Shown: positions 28,992 through 37,716 of the stretch, piece after piece
How positions within the stretch are numbered: position 1 is the first letter of the stretch
Layout of the letters: each line of letters starts with the position of its first letter
NCBI GenBank assembly: GCA_965230895.1
Contig: OZ246394.1
Span: 313,316-377,315 of the forward strand
Reading direction: 5' to 3'
From: an uncultured Gammaproteobacteria bacterium
GTDB lineage: Bacteria > Patescibacteriota > Microgenomatia > Levybacterales > UBA12049
DNA: 64,000 nt
Notes under the pieces: model-generated
Seen by the model: only the letters and a program-made list of their open reading frames with translations
Databases searched by the model: none
Told to the model about the DNA's origin: nothing
Made by a program: the position numbers and the translations under genes

Positions 28992-29654
28992 CTACTCACC
29001 AGTTTTTGTATTAGGTTTGCCAATTGGTTTAGATTCAGGAGAACCTCTCTCTCTAAGAAAAATTGTTAACAATAATAATGATGCTACAGATAAAAACTCA
29101 CTTTGCCAGTTCTGGAATGATTCAAACCAAAATTGAGATGAGATAAAATATTGCAGAAGAGGTATTTGTTCTTCCCCATGTGTTCTAGCTTCTTCATTGT
29201 AGAGTTCTCCTCCGGAAATGCCATGGAGAACGAATGAAATAATAAAAAAGGTCAAGAGCGCTATTCCCAAAGAATGAGAGTAAAGAAACTGAGAAAATGC
29301 TTTTGTTCTATTTTTTCTTTGTTTAAAACTACGGATAATTGAGTATCTCGAAGATGCATCAACATCTTCATGTCCTTTCAGTTTTTTTGAATCAGCAGAG
29401 CCTTTTTGTCTTAGGAAAATCGTTAACATTACGAGCGCCCACATTTGAAGAAATTCACTCTCCCAATTTTCAAAAATCGCTTCAATAAAATGTGGTGTCA
29501 AAAAATATTCCCAGAAAGAAATAGTGGACTGATGATGCGTAACTTGTTCTTGATTGTACTGATCGAATCCAGTGATAAAGAGGCCAATAAAAGAGAGAAG
29601 AAAGAGAGAAAATAGTGCGAGGACCAAGGAATTATTATAAAGAAACTTTTTCAT
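28992..29654 (-). CDS. Hypothetical membrane protein with an internal tandem duplication
   Basis: Two ~100-aa repeats, each ending in ...ENWESEFLQMWALVMLTIFLRQKGSADSK and ...QNWQSEFLSVASLLLLTIFLRERGSPESK respectively. Confidence 0.5.
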   Translation of the reverse strand: MKKFLYNNSLVLALFSLFLLSFIGLFITGFDQYNQEQVTHHQSTISFWEYFLTPHFIEAIFENWESEFLQMWALVMLTIFLRQKGSADSKKLKGHEDVDASSRYSIIRSFKQRKNRTKAFSQFLYSHSLGIALLTFFIISFVLHGISGGELYNEEARTHGEEQIPLLQYFISSQFWFESFQNWQSEFLSVASLLLLTIFLRERGSPESKPIGKPNTKTGE

Positions 29655-29691
29655 AATTACCTATGTGCGTGAAAGGTGGCGCGCCGCTTTC

Positions 29692-29997
29692 TTAATTTCC
29701 AAGGTTTGTGAATATACCTACTGCAAGTTCAGCCCAAATGTAAAGAACGGCTAGGAGAAATATACCTCCAACAAGCATTCTCTTTGATCCTGATTTCATA
29801 TTTCTTGCTGTTACTATAAAAAGACTTCCCATACCAAATAAAAGTGTACCGATAATAATGAAATCAGATAGCGTCCAATTCCATTCAGTACTTACTTGCA
29901 TTCCAATAACAGGAACCATTAATACCATTCCTGTAGCAACTGCAAGCCATAGGAAAATCTTATTTTGCAAAATAATATCTGTTTGTTTTGTTTTCAT
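29692..29997 (-). CDS. Small hypothetical membrane protein (paralog of 30021..30332)
   Basis: Three TM helices. C-terminus ...IWAELAVGIF resembles ...IWGLAVSGE of the neighbour. Confidence 0.45.
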   Translation of the reverse strand: MKTKQTDIILQNKIFLWLAVATGMVLMVPVIGMQVSTEWNWTLSDFIIIGTLLFGMGSLFIVTARNMKSGSKRMLVGGIFLLAVLYIWAELAVGIFTNLGN

Positions 29998-30020
29998 AGT
30001 TGTTCACCTCCTTTCAAAAA

Positions 30021-30332
30021 TTATTCACCAGAGACTGCAAGTCCCCAAATAAATATCACAATTGCTAGAACAGCCAATCCAGTAATAATGCGATGTTTTT
30101 TATCTTTCATATTGAGTGTGGCCAGTTCATAAAGAGTTGCGCAACCAAACAATACTACTCCACCGAAAGTATAATCAGTTCCAGTCCATGGTGCCTTTGT
30201 CAAAAAAGGTATCATGAGAATTGCTGCAACAACTCCTGCCCACGTTGCGAGACGTTTTTTGATATTTCTTGATTTGATTGTATTTACTTTAGTCATTTTT
30301 ATACTCCAATATATCCCCTGGTTGGCAATCAA
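30021..30332 (-). CDS. Small hypothetical membrane protein (paralog of 29692..29997)
   Basis: Three TM helices. The likely true start is the internal Met at 30296, giving an 8-nt overlap with the XRE gene. Confidence 0.45.
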   Translation of the reverse strand: MIANQGIYWSIKMTKVNTIKSRNIKKRLATWAGVVAAILMIPFLTKAPWTGTDYTFGGVVLFGCATLYELATLNMKDKKHRIITGLAVLAIVIFIWGLAVSGE

Positions 30333-30495
30333 GTGCTTTACAGATTGATTCGAGTGTTGAAAATCGTATCGCTTTTGCTTTGCCGTTTTTTAAGATCGAT
30401 AAATTTGCCATAGTAATACCTACCTTTTCTGTAAGTTCAGTAACACTCATTTTTCTTTTTGCCAACATAACATCAATGTTAATTACAATTGCCAT
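30289..30495 (-). CDS. XRE-family (YozG-like) helix-turn-helix transcriptional regulator
   Basis: LAKRKMSVTELTEKVGITMANLSILKNGKAKAIRFSTLESICKALDCQPGDILEY is the classic Cro/C1 HTH. Confidence 0.8.
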   Translation of the reverse strand: MAIVINIDVMLAKRKMSVTELTEKVGITMANLSILKNGKAKAIRFSTLESICKALDCQPGDILEYKND

Positions 30496-30509
30496 AATAT
30501 TTACCCTCC

Positions 30510-30986
30510 TTAGACCGTCAAATCATTTTCTGATTTTATGTCTACAGCATTTTGAAGAAGTTTTTGGAAAACCGCTGCTGCGGTTGCGATGATAGATGAA
30601 GCAAAGATTATGATAAAACCCATCATGAGAGCGCCTGCTGCATCATCGTTGCCATGATTGAGCATGATGAAAATTTCTGATCCAATGATAAATGCCGCAA
30701 GAACGATTGCACAATTCTTAATATTTCCTAGTCTATCCACAGCATTTTGTGTAAAAGCTTTATTCTTTTCTATAAGTCCAAGTAATCGGAAACCTTGATA
30801 GAGCGCTCCAAAGAAAGGAATGGAAGCTATATATCCATAGATGATAAAAGGGTCAGTATAAATACTGATGAGATCTAGGTATTTTGCTCTTCCCTCGAGT
30901 TGTGGAAACCAAAGCATACCGACGAAGACGCCGATTGCGATGAGCAAAATAACTGCTTTCAAAAATAATGTAGAACCTTTGTTCAT
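30510..30986 (-). CDS. DUF2975 domain membrane protein
   Basis: Four TM helices with the DUF2975-like pattern. The known YozG-like HTH gene follows immediately. Confidence 0.6.
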   Translation of the reverse strand: MNKGSTLFLKAVILLIAIGVFVGMLWFPQLEGRAKYLDLISIYTDPFIIYGYIASIPFFGALYQGFRLLGLIEKNKAFTQNAVDRLGNIKNCAIVLAAFIIGSEIFIMLNHGNDDAAGALMMGFIIIFASSIIATAAAVFQKLLQNAVDIKSENDLTV

Positions 30987-31050
30987 ACGTTTATTGTACA
31001 GTATGATTTATCGTTTGTCAATATATTAATATTGTTTATCAATTTATATA

Positions 31051-31695
31051 TTGAATAAGCTTATCTTGAAGCTTAAAGTTATGTGGACTATGATATTGGG
31101 TATGGAGTTTATTTTATATACAATCGTTTTGTGGAGCGCTTTTATCAGTTCAAGATTATCTGAACTTACAAAGGATAAAATTCCCATTGTAACGTTAACT
31201 CTCTCATCCGTTCTCTTTATAATACTTGCTCTTCAAATGGCTTATCCTCCATTGCTTCAAATGTTTGAGAGAAATACAGCGCTTATTGTGGATGGAGAAG
31301 TATGGAGAATTGTCACCGCACTCTTTTTCCAAGATGGAGGCTTGATTGGTGGAATCATAAATATTTTCTATCTCCTACTTATTGGAAGTGTGACAGAAAT
31401 GCGATTGGGGAAATATCGTTTCCTCATAGTCTTCTTTATGGGCGGAATACTAAGTGAATGTATTGCACTCTTATGGCAGCCAATTGGTGCCGGAAACTCT
31501 GTCGCAAATTTTGCATTGGCAGGAAGCTTGCTCTTCTTGGTGCTTACAAAGGCATCAGCAAAGTTAAAAATTCTTAGCATGATTGGATTTTTGGGAGCAA
31601 TTTTGTTGGTCTTTCTGAAAGATATTCATGGAGGTGCTGTCATTATCGGTATGCTTTGTGCAATATCCTTAACAAATGCTAAAATCAAACAATGA
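31051..31695 (+). CDS. Rhomboid-family intramembrane serine protease-like protein
   Basis: Six TM helices, GAGNSVANFALAG (GxSG-like) and IHGGAVIIG (TM6 His). The ORF-track start is TTG. An ATG at 31081 is an alternative start. Confidence 0.45.
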   Translation: MNKLILKLKVMWTMILGMEFILYTIVLWSAFISSRLSELTKDKIPIVTLTLSSVLFIILALQMAYPPLLQMFERNTALIVDGEVWRIVTALFFQDGGLIGGIINIFYLLLIGSVTEMRLGKYRFLIVFFMGGILSECIALLWQPIGAGNSVANFALAGSLLFLVLTKASAKLKILSMIGFLGAILLVFLKDIHGGAVIIGMLCAISLTNAKIKQ

Positions 31696-32279
31696 ATATC
31701 TTTACTCATCAGGAATTTTTAGGAGGAGTAGCCATTATTCTTGGATTCATTGGGTATGCATTCTACCTACGCGGTATTTTGCAAGGAAAAGTTAAACCGC
31801 ATGCTTTCACATGGTTTGTCTGGGCTATTTTGACGACTATTGCATTTATAGCTCAAATTACACAAGGTGGTGGACCCGGATCATGGGTCACCGGATTTAC
31901 TGCGCTTTGTAGCTTTGGGTTTGCAATAATTGGTCTTGGAGCTTCATCCCGCATATTTATAAGTAAAAGCGATTGGATCTTTTTCATTGGAGCTTTATTA
32001 TCTATTCCGATTTGGTACTTCAGTGGTAACCCATTATGGTCTGTAATCATTATTACTATTATTGATGCCGTAGCATTTGCTCCGACCTTTCGTAAAGCTT
32101 TTTTTCATCCGGATACCGAAAATAGTTGGACTTATACACTTTCTGGGATAAAGTTTATTGTCAGTTTATTTGCTTTGGAACACTTTACATGGACGACTGC
32201 GTTGTATCCAGCTTCACTTGTCATCGCAAACATCGCGTTTGTAGGAATGGTCTTATGGCGAAGAAGCCTCAAGAAATAG
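31692..32279 (+). CDS. Hypothetical polytopic membrane protein
   Basis: Six TM helices. ATGA overlap with the upstream gene. Confidence 0.4.
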   Translation: MNIFTHQEFLGGVAIILGFIGYAFYLRGILQGKVKPHAFTWFVWAILTTIAFIAQITQGGGPGSWVTGFTALCSFGFAIIGLGASSRIFISKSDWIFFIGALLSIPIWYFSGNPLWSVIIITIIDAVAFAPTFRKAFFHPDTENSWTYTLSGIKFIVSLFALEHFTWTTALYPASLVIANIAFVGMVLWRRSLKK

Positions 32280-32390
32280 ATTACTTACTAATGCTTACCT
32301 AAAAATAATGAAAAGCCCTGAAATACTTAACTTTCTATTACTATACCTTCATTCAAATCTATTGTTGACGATCTATGATTAGAGTTAATC

Positions 32391-33011
32391 ATGGATAAAG
32401 ATAAACAATTAAAAGCATTGGTATTAAATTGTACCCTTAAAAAGTCTCCAAGCGAATCAAATACTGAAGCTCTCGTGCAAGAAGTTATTACTAAATTAAA
32501 GGAAAAAGATGTAGAAGTCGAAACTATACGCATTGTCGACTATAATATTCTTCCAGGTGTACAGACTGATGAAGGTAACGGTGATGAATGGCCCATGGTG
32601 CACCAAAAGATTCTTGATTCAGAAATTATTATCGTTGCAACACCCACATGGGTAGGACATCCATCAAGTATAGCTCAACGGGTTTTGGAGCGAATGGACG
32701 CAATGATTTCAGAAACTGGAGAGAATAAGAAACCTATTTGCTATGACAAAGTTGCTGGAGTTGTTGTTACAGGTAATGAAGATGGCGCGCATCATGTCAT
32801 TTCAGAAATATCAGGGGGGCTTATAGATATTGGATTTACAATTCCTGCAAATGCTTGGACGTATTGGAATAAAGGTCCAGGTCCTGGAGAAACATATTTA
32901 GAAACCGACTACAAACATGATTGGTCTAAGACCACAGGTGAAACAGCTGCATTAAACCTCTATACCGTAGCAAAAGCGTTACAAATGAATCAGCTTTCAA
33001 AAGCGAGTTAA
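32391..33011 (+). CDS. Flavodoxin-like fold NAD(P)H-dependent FMN reductase family protein
   Basis: LVLNCTLKKSPSESNTEAL...IIIVATPTWVGHPSSIAQRVLERMD. Confidence 0.75.
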   Translation: MDKDKQLKALVLNCTLKKSPSESNTEALVQEVITKLKEKDVEVETIRIVDYNILPGVQTDEGNGDEWPMVHQKILDSEIIIVATPTWVGHPSSIAQRVLERMDAMISETGENKKPICYDKVAGVVVTGNEDGAHHVISEISGGLIDIGFTIPANAWTYWNKGPGPGETYLETDYKHDWSKTTGETAALNLYTVAKALQMNQLSKAS

Positions 33012-33025
33012 GGAGGTGATTAGTT

Positions 33026-33238
33026 ATGCATATTAAAGGAATACATTGGTTATTTTTAGTTTTGCTTATAATTGGAGGCTTAAATTGGGGTCTCGTAGGC
33101 CTGTTCAACTTTAATCTTGTTTCGGTATTATTTGGAACAGATACGCTATTATCTAAGATTGTTTACATACTTGTTGGGATATCTGCGGTATACACAATCG
33201 CTTCATCAGCAATAGGATCAAATAGAAAAGCTGTATAA
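33026..33238 (+). CDS. DUF378 domain membrane protein
   Basis: WLFLVLLIIGGLNWGLVGLFNFNLVSVLFG signature. Strong SD (AAGGAGGTGA) upstream. Confidence 0.75.
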   Translation: MHIKGIHWLFLVLLIIGGLNWGLVGLFNFNLVSVLFGTDTLLSKIVYILVGISAVYTIASSAIGSNRKAV

Positions 33239-33241
33239 AAA

Positions 33242-33775
33242 TTAAAAAGGATATCCCTTAAGGCCTTGAATTCCTTTAAGCGCGGAAATTTCTCCCATGA
33301 TAGGATATGCATGCCCACTGATAAGGTTGGCTATAAAATCATACATTTTCTTTTTCCCCATTCCCATCATACTGAGATCAATATCTTTTTCTAGATCTTT
33401 ATCTGTCAATGTCGCCACATACTTTTCCGTTTCGGAAAAAACTGCTTTTGCGTATTTATCGAATTGCTTCATATCCAGCTTTACTTCTTTCAGCCACTTT
33501 GGGTAAGCAACTTCCCATTCCATTGGATGAACTTCACTTGCGCCTGTATTTCCCTTATATGTTGTGTCCATAAGAGGTTTGGTTTTCTTAAGGAAATTAT
33601 GCACGAACATATCTTCAGAGAAAACCAAATGTGCGTATGTCCCAGCGATTGGATTGGCTTTTCCAGGAGGCATATAATGAGCAACCTCTTCAGTAACTCC
33701 ATTCATAGTTTGACCAAGTGCACCATGAACTGCTTTAAGCTGTGTGAGGAGGATTTCTACACCAATATTATTCAT
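33242..33775 (-). CDS. DinB/YfiT-like four-helix-bundle protein (putative)
   Basis: Weak pattern only. Confidence 0.35.
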   Translation of the reverse strand: MNNIGVEILLTQLKAVHGALGQTMNGVTEEVAHYMPPGKANPIAGTYAHLVFSEDMFVHNFLKKTKPLMDTTYKGNTGASEVHPMEWEVAYPKWLKEVKLDMKQFDKYAKAVFSETEKYVATLTDKDLEKDIDLSMMGMGKKKMYDFIANLISGHAYPIMGEISALKGIQGLKGYPF

Positions 33776-33839
33776 GTGGTTAGTATAACAGATAGTACTA
33801 ATTCACTTCCACATAAATGTATATTTCCATTATAAATTT

Positions 33840-34442
33840 CTAAATAAGTGTGGACCAGTAGTACCAGAATTTAATAAGGATAGTACCAATAATAAGTGCA
33901 TACCAAAGGTACAAGATGCTTAAATGAAATTTCAATAGCTTAGCTAACCACTGCGGTGCTTTCAAATGTCCTTCACGGATATTGTAAACGGTTGTATATA
34001 AGAAAATCGGTATAGTCACCGCCCACACAATCATGCAATATGGACATAAAGCTTCAATGACAAAGACACTTTGATAAAAGAGCCAATGTATAAATACCAA
34101 TCCTAATACCGTTCCAAGCTCCAGTCCAAGCCAGAACCACCGTTTAAATGTAGCGCCTGCAAAAAGTGCCATCCCGACAGTTACAACAATCGCGAATCCA
34201 GCAATCCCCAACAATGGATTTGGAAAGCCGAAAAGCTCTGCTTGCCATGATTTCATTACGGAGTTGCAACTGATAAGTGGACTAATAGTGCACGGAGCAA
34301 TGTGATTCGGGTCCTTAAGTACTGCAATTTTCTCTACAGTAATTACAAAAGCAAAAAAGAAGCCTATGATGCCTAGGATAGTTAAAAGCCATGGAAGTAT
34401 TCTTCTCAATTTATTCTTTGGAGTTTGTTCACTTTTTTTCAT
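33840..34442 (-). CDS. Vitamin K epoxide reductase (VKOR) family protein
   Basis: Five TM helices, loop Cys pair (CTISPLISC) and active-site CPYC in TM4. Confidence 0.65.
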   Translation of the reverse strand: MKKSEQTPKNKLRRILPWLLTILGIIGFFFAFVITVEKIAVLKDPNHIAPCTISPLISCNSVMKSWQAELFGFPNPLLGIAGFAIVVTVGMALFAGATFKRWFWLGLELGTVLGLVFIHWLFYQSVFVIEALCPYCMIVWAVTIPIFLYTTVYNIREGHLKAPQWLAKLLKFHLSILYLWYALIIGTILIKFWYYWSTLI

Positions 34443-34496
34443 GTAAAATGATTATACTGCTAAATTCTTTTTTTAGAAAGATGATTAGCATTTATT

Positions 34497-34853
34497 TTAG
34501 CCGATAAACTTTTTGACTTCACCAAGAAGATGCGCTACAGAAAAGGGTTTGGCAATGAAGCCATCAGCTCCATACTCTTTTGCGGATTTCTTTGCACCCG
34601 GATGTGCAGAGATCATGAGGACTGGGATATTTTTTGTTTGAGTATCAATCTTTAGTAATTCACAAAGTTTTCTGCCATCATGCCCTGAAAGCAGTACATC
34701 AAGTAAAATTAAATCCGGTTTGTAATTTGTTATTTTTTTGAAGGTCTCATCACCATTTACTGTAGTTTCTGAGGCATAACCTCCCGATTCAAGTACCAAT
34801 TGTACTGCGAGCAGGATATCAGGATCATCATCGATAACTAAAACTTTTTTCAT
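34497..34853 (-). CDS. Stand-alone response-regulator receiver (partner of kinase 34864..35988)
   Basis: KVLVIDDDPDILLAV...LILLDVLLSGHDGRKLCELLK...MISAH. Confidence 0.85.
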   Translation of the reverse strand: MKKVLVIDDDPDILLAVQLVLESGGYASETTVNGDETFKKITNYKPDLILLDVLLSGHDGRKLCELLKIDTQTKNIPVLMISAHPGAKKSAKEYGADGFIAKPFSVAHLLGEVKKFIG

Positions 34854-34863
34854 AGGAGTACAC

Positions 34864-35988
34864 TTATTTTTTACCCGTTATGTAAGGGAGCTTAAAGTAG
34901 AAGGTTGAGCCTTTACCCTTTTCACTTTTTACCCACATGCTCCCGTTATGGAGGCTTAATATTTCGTTACTTACATGTAAACCAATTCCCATTCCAGGAA
35001 AGGTTCTTTCATCTTCACCACTGACACGGAAAAATCTTTCAAATACCTTTTCATGAAATTGTGAATCAATGCCTATGCCAAAATCTTGAACTCCCACAAT
35101 GACATTGTCATTATCTGATTCTAAGTTGATAATAATCTTGTCTGCTCTCGGAGAATATTTAATTGCATTTGAAAGAAGATTAGTGAGTACTTGCCCAATT
35201 CGCTCACTATCACCTTTTATAAATTTTCCAGTTGTACCTTTTTTAATAAGTGAATGGTGCGTGGTCATTTGCATTGTTTCAATGATTTCGTCAATAAGTT
35301 TATCGAAATTAAATTTCTTATTTTCCATCTTCAATCGACCTGTTTGTACACGTGTTAATTCAAGTAAATCCTCTATAAGTTTTGTTAATTTATTTGTTTG
35401 TTGATTAATTCGTTGGATATATGGGAGGTATTCTGTATGTCCGTTTTTATTTATTAACTGTTCAAGAAGCTCTCCAAATGCTTTCTGACTTGTTATAGGG
35501 GTTTTTAATTCATGACTCGCAGTATTAACGAACTCATCTCGTCTTCTTTCTTGTTCCTTTCTGTCCGTAATATCTCTAGCAATTTTTGAAGCTCCTATAA
35601 TAGTTCCCTGAGAATCTCGAATTGGTGAAACAGTGATAGAAACATCAATGATTTTTCCTTTCTTTGTCATACGTTTGGTTTCATAATGTTCAACACGTTT
35701 TCCTTCATGGAGCTGCTTCATAATATATGGAAAATCATCTTTCTTTTCTGGAGGCATAAGGATTGATACCGGTTTTCCAATTATTTCATTTGGTGTATAT
35801 CCATAGAGTCTTTGGGCACCTTTGTTCCATGAAGTGATATAACCTTCTACAGATTTACTGATAATAGCATCATCAGAAGATTCTACGATAGCTGCCCAAT
35901 GAAGTAATTTCTCCATCATAAGAAGCATAGTGTCTGTATCAGTATTGGTTGTTACTGGTGTTATTTTTGCCTGTTTCTTATCTTTCAT
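34864..35988 (-). CDS. PAS-domain sensor histidine kinase (soluble)
   Basis: PAS domain, HisKA ASHELKTPITSQKAF, HATPase GMGIGLHVSNEILSLHNGSMWVKSEKGKGSTFYFKLP. No TM segment. Confidence 0.85.
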   Translation of the reverse strand: MKDKKQAKITPVTTNTDTDTMLLMMEKLLHWAAIVESSDDAIISKSVEGYITSWNKGAQRLYGYTPNEIIGKPVSILMPPEKKDDFPYIMKQLHEGKRVEHYETKRMTKKGKIIDVSITVSPIRDSQGTIIGASKIARDITDRKEQERRRDEFVNTASHELKTPITSQKAFGELLEQLINKNGHTEYLPYIQRINQQTNKLTKLIEDLLELTRVQTGRLKMENKKFNFDKLIDEIIETMQMTTHHSLIKKGTTGKFIKGDSERIGQVLTNLLSNAIKYSPRADKIIINLESDNDNVIVGVQDFGIGIDSQFHEKVFERFFRVSGEDERTFPGMGIGLHVSNEILSLHNGSMWVKSEKGKGSTFYFKLPYITGKK

Positions 35989-36187
35989 TTTAATACGTAT
36001 GGATTCTATTAGTGTAAATGAATTAATTGTCTTGGAGCTGTTAAATCAATGTTCCTTCTACAAATTTGTTCAAGTGTAGCACACTACTCAAAGAATTATC
36101 TGTAAGAAATTAGCAACGATTATATTTTTATCTTGCCAATACCTACCAAAGCATCATATATTTATGTTATTAAAATTATAAAATGCC

Positions 36188-36216
36188 TTGACTGCATTTT
36201 TATCGAGTGTTACATT
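36188..36216 (+). promoter_or_regulatory. Candidate sigma-70 promoter giving a leaderless VOC transcript
   Basis: TTGACT (36188-36193), 17-nt spacer, TACATT (36211-36216). The predicted transcription start coincides with the ATG at 36223. Confidence 0.3.
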
Positions 36217-36222
36217 AGATTC

Positions 36223-36660
36223 ATGAAAGTCAAACATATAGATCACCTTGGTATTAATGTTCAGGATCTTACAGCAGCAAAGACATTTTTTACTGATCTT
36301 GGTTTTACTGTAGTTGGAGAATCTTCAATGCAGGGCGAGTTACTCGATAAAGTCATCGGGCTGAAGGATGCAAGGACAGAATTTGTAATGCTTCAAGCAC
36401 CAGATGGTCAATTAAACCTGGAAGTGATTAAGTATCATCAGCCGATCGATAAAGATGGTATTCAGATACAAGATGCAAATGCACTCGGTATGCGACATTT
36501 AGCTTTCCAAGTTGATGATATAGAGGAAATTGTAGCTTCCCTGAAAGAAAAAGGCCATGAGTTGGTTGGTGAAATGCAGAATTATGAAAATATATGGAAG
36601 CTTTGCTATATCCGAGGGCCAGAGGGGATTATTATTGAGTTAGCAGAACGGCTTGAGTAA
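36223..36660 (+). CDS. VOC (glyoxalase/bleomycin-resistance/dioxygenase) family protein
   Basis: MKVKHIDHLGINVQDLTAAKTFFTDLGF..., a paired beta-alpha-beta-beta-beta module. The ORF-track start (TTG 36133) gives an implausible Cys-rich leader. Confidence 0.75.
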   Translation: MKVKHIDHLGINVQDLTAAKTFFTDLGFTVVGESSMQGELLDKVIGLKDARTEFVMLQAPDGQLNLEVIKYHQPIDKDGIQIQDANALGMRHLAFQVDDIEEIVASLKEKGHELVGEMQNYENIWKLCYIRGPEGIIIELAERLE

Positions 36661-36684
36661 CTCCACTATGCTAAAATAAAGAAA

Positions 36685-37053
36685 ATGGAAGCACAACCCG
36701 CAAAAAAACATCGAATTTTTACCATGCCGTTTGCCCGAGTTTATCCGGAATATGTAAATAAGGCTGAGAGAAAAGGACGAACAAAAGCAGAAGTTGATGA
36801 TATTCTTCGTTGGTTAACCGGTTATAGCCAAAAAGAATTGGAAACGCAGATTGAAAAGCAAACAGATCTCGAGACATTTCTCACCGAGGCTCCTCATCCA
36901 AATCCTTCCCGAGCTTTAATTACTGGTGTTGTGTGTGGTATCCGGGTGGAAGAGATTAAAGAACCAATGATGCAAGAGATTCGATATATGGACAAACTTG
37001 TTGATGAACTAGCAAAAGGCAAACCAATGGAAAAAATCTTACGGAAAGTGTAA
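36685..37053 (+). CDS. DUF2200 domain protein
   Basis: [39 protein letters not shown] signature. Confidence 0.7.
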   Translation: MEAQPAKKHRIFTMPFARVYPEYVNKAERKGRTKAEVDDILRWLTGYSQKELETQIEKQTDLETFLTEAPHPNPSRALITGVVCGIRVEEIKEPMMQEIRYMDKLVDELAKGKPMEKILRKV

Positions 37054-37060
37054 CGTGCAG

Positions 37061-37711
37061 TTACCTTTTAATTCGGAACTTTATATGCGTGACATCTGGA
37101 GAATCAATGACTCTCATTTTTTCGAATTCTACATCGCCTAAATTCTCAAGCAACCGTCTCCCGCCACCAAGTAGGATAGGAGAAACATGAATTTGTAACT
37201 CGTCAACAAAGCCCGCTTTGATAGCTTGTTGAATTACATCAGCCCCACCAGAAACTTGAATATTTTTATCGCCTACCGCTTCCTTGGCTTGTTTAAATGC
37301 ACTTTCGATTCCGTTGTTTACAAAGATAAATGTTGTTCCTCCTTCTTTTTCAACATTCTCACGTTTGTGTTTGGTTAAGATAAAAACTGGTGCATGAAAT
37401 GGTGGTGTATCTCCCCACCAACCATCAGCATTTGTATCTTTTTCCCACGGACCACTGCCTCCACTATACATTTTGCGACCCATGATAAAAGCACCAATAT
37501 TGGCGGTTGACTCCTGCATCACTTCATCATCTTGTCCTGATTCTCCACCAGTAAGTCCATGTTTTTCTCTCCAAGATTTTAATTTTATAACCCACTCATG
37601 GAGTTTCTCTCCATTGCGTCCTAATGGTTCTTCAAGAGTTGGATTTGGACCTGCGACGAATCCATCAAGTGACATTGAAATATCTGCGATAACTTTTCCC
37701 ATAACTAACAT
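37061..37711 (-). CDS. Dihydrofolate reductase-like (RibD C-terminal domain) family protein
   Basis: MGKVIADISMSLDGFVAGPN... Confidence 0.8.
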   Translation of the reverse strand: MLVMGKVIADISMSLDGFVAGPNPTLEEPLGRNGEKLHEWVIKLKSWREKHGLTGGESGQDDEVMQESTANIGAFIMGRKMYSGGSGPWEKDTNADGWWGDTPPFHAPVFILTKHKRENVEKEGGTTFIFVNNGIESAFKQAKEAVGDKNIQVSGGADVIQQAIKAGFVDELQIHVSPILLGGGRRLLENLGDVEFEKMRVIDSPDVTHIKFRIKR

Positions 37712-37716
37712 TATTT

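Noticed and set aside
36133-36222. TTG-initiated 30-aa N-terminal extension of the VOC gene, and similar TTG or long N-terminal extensions at 47948 (tyrosinase), 54705 (DUF998-like) and 53692..54444 (ung)
   Set aside because: The extensions overlap upstream genes or add sequence foreign to the family. Internal ATGs with a signal peptide or the family-typical N-terminus are better starts. The ORF track takes the longest frame and treats TTG as Met.
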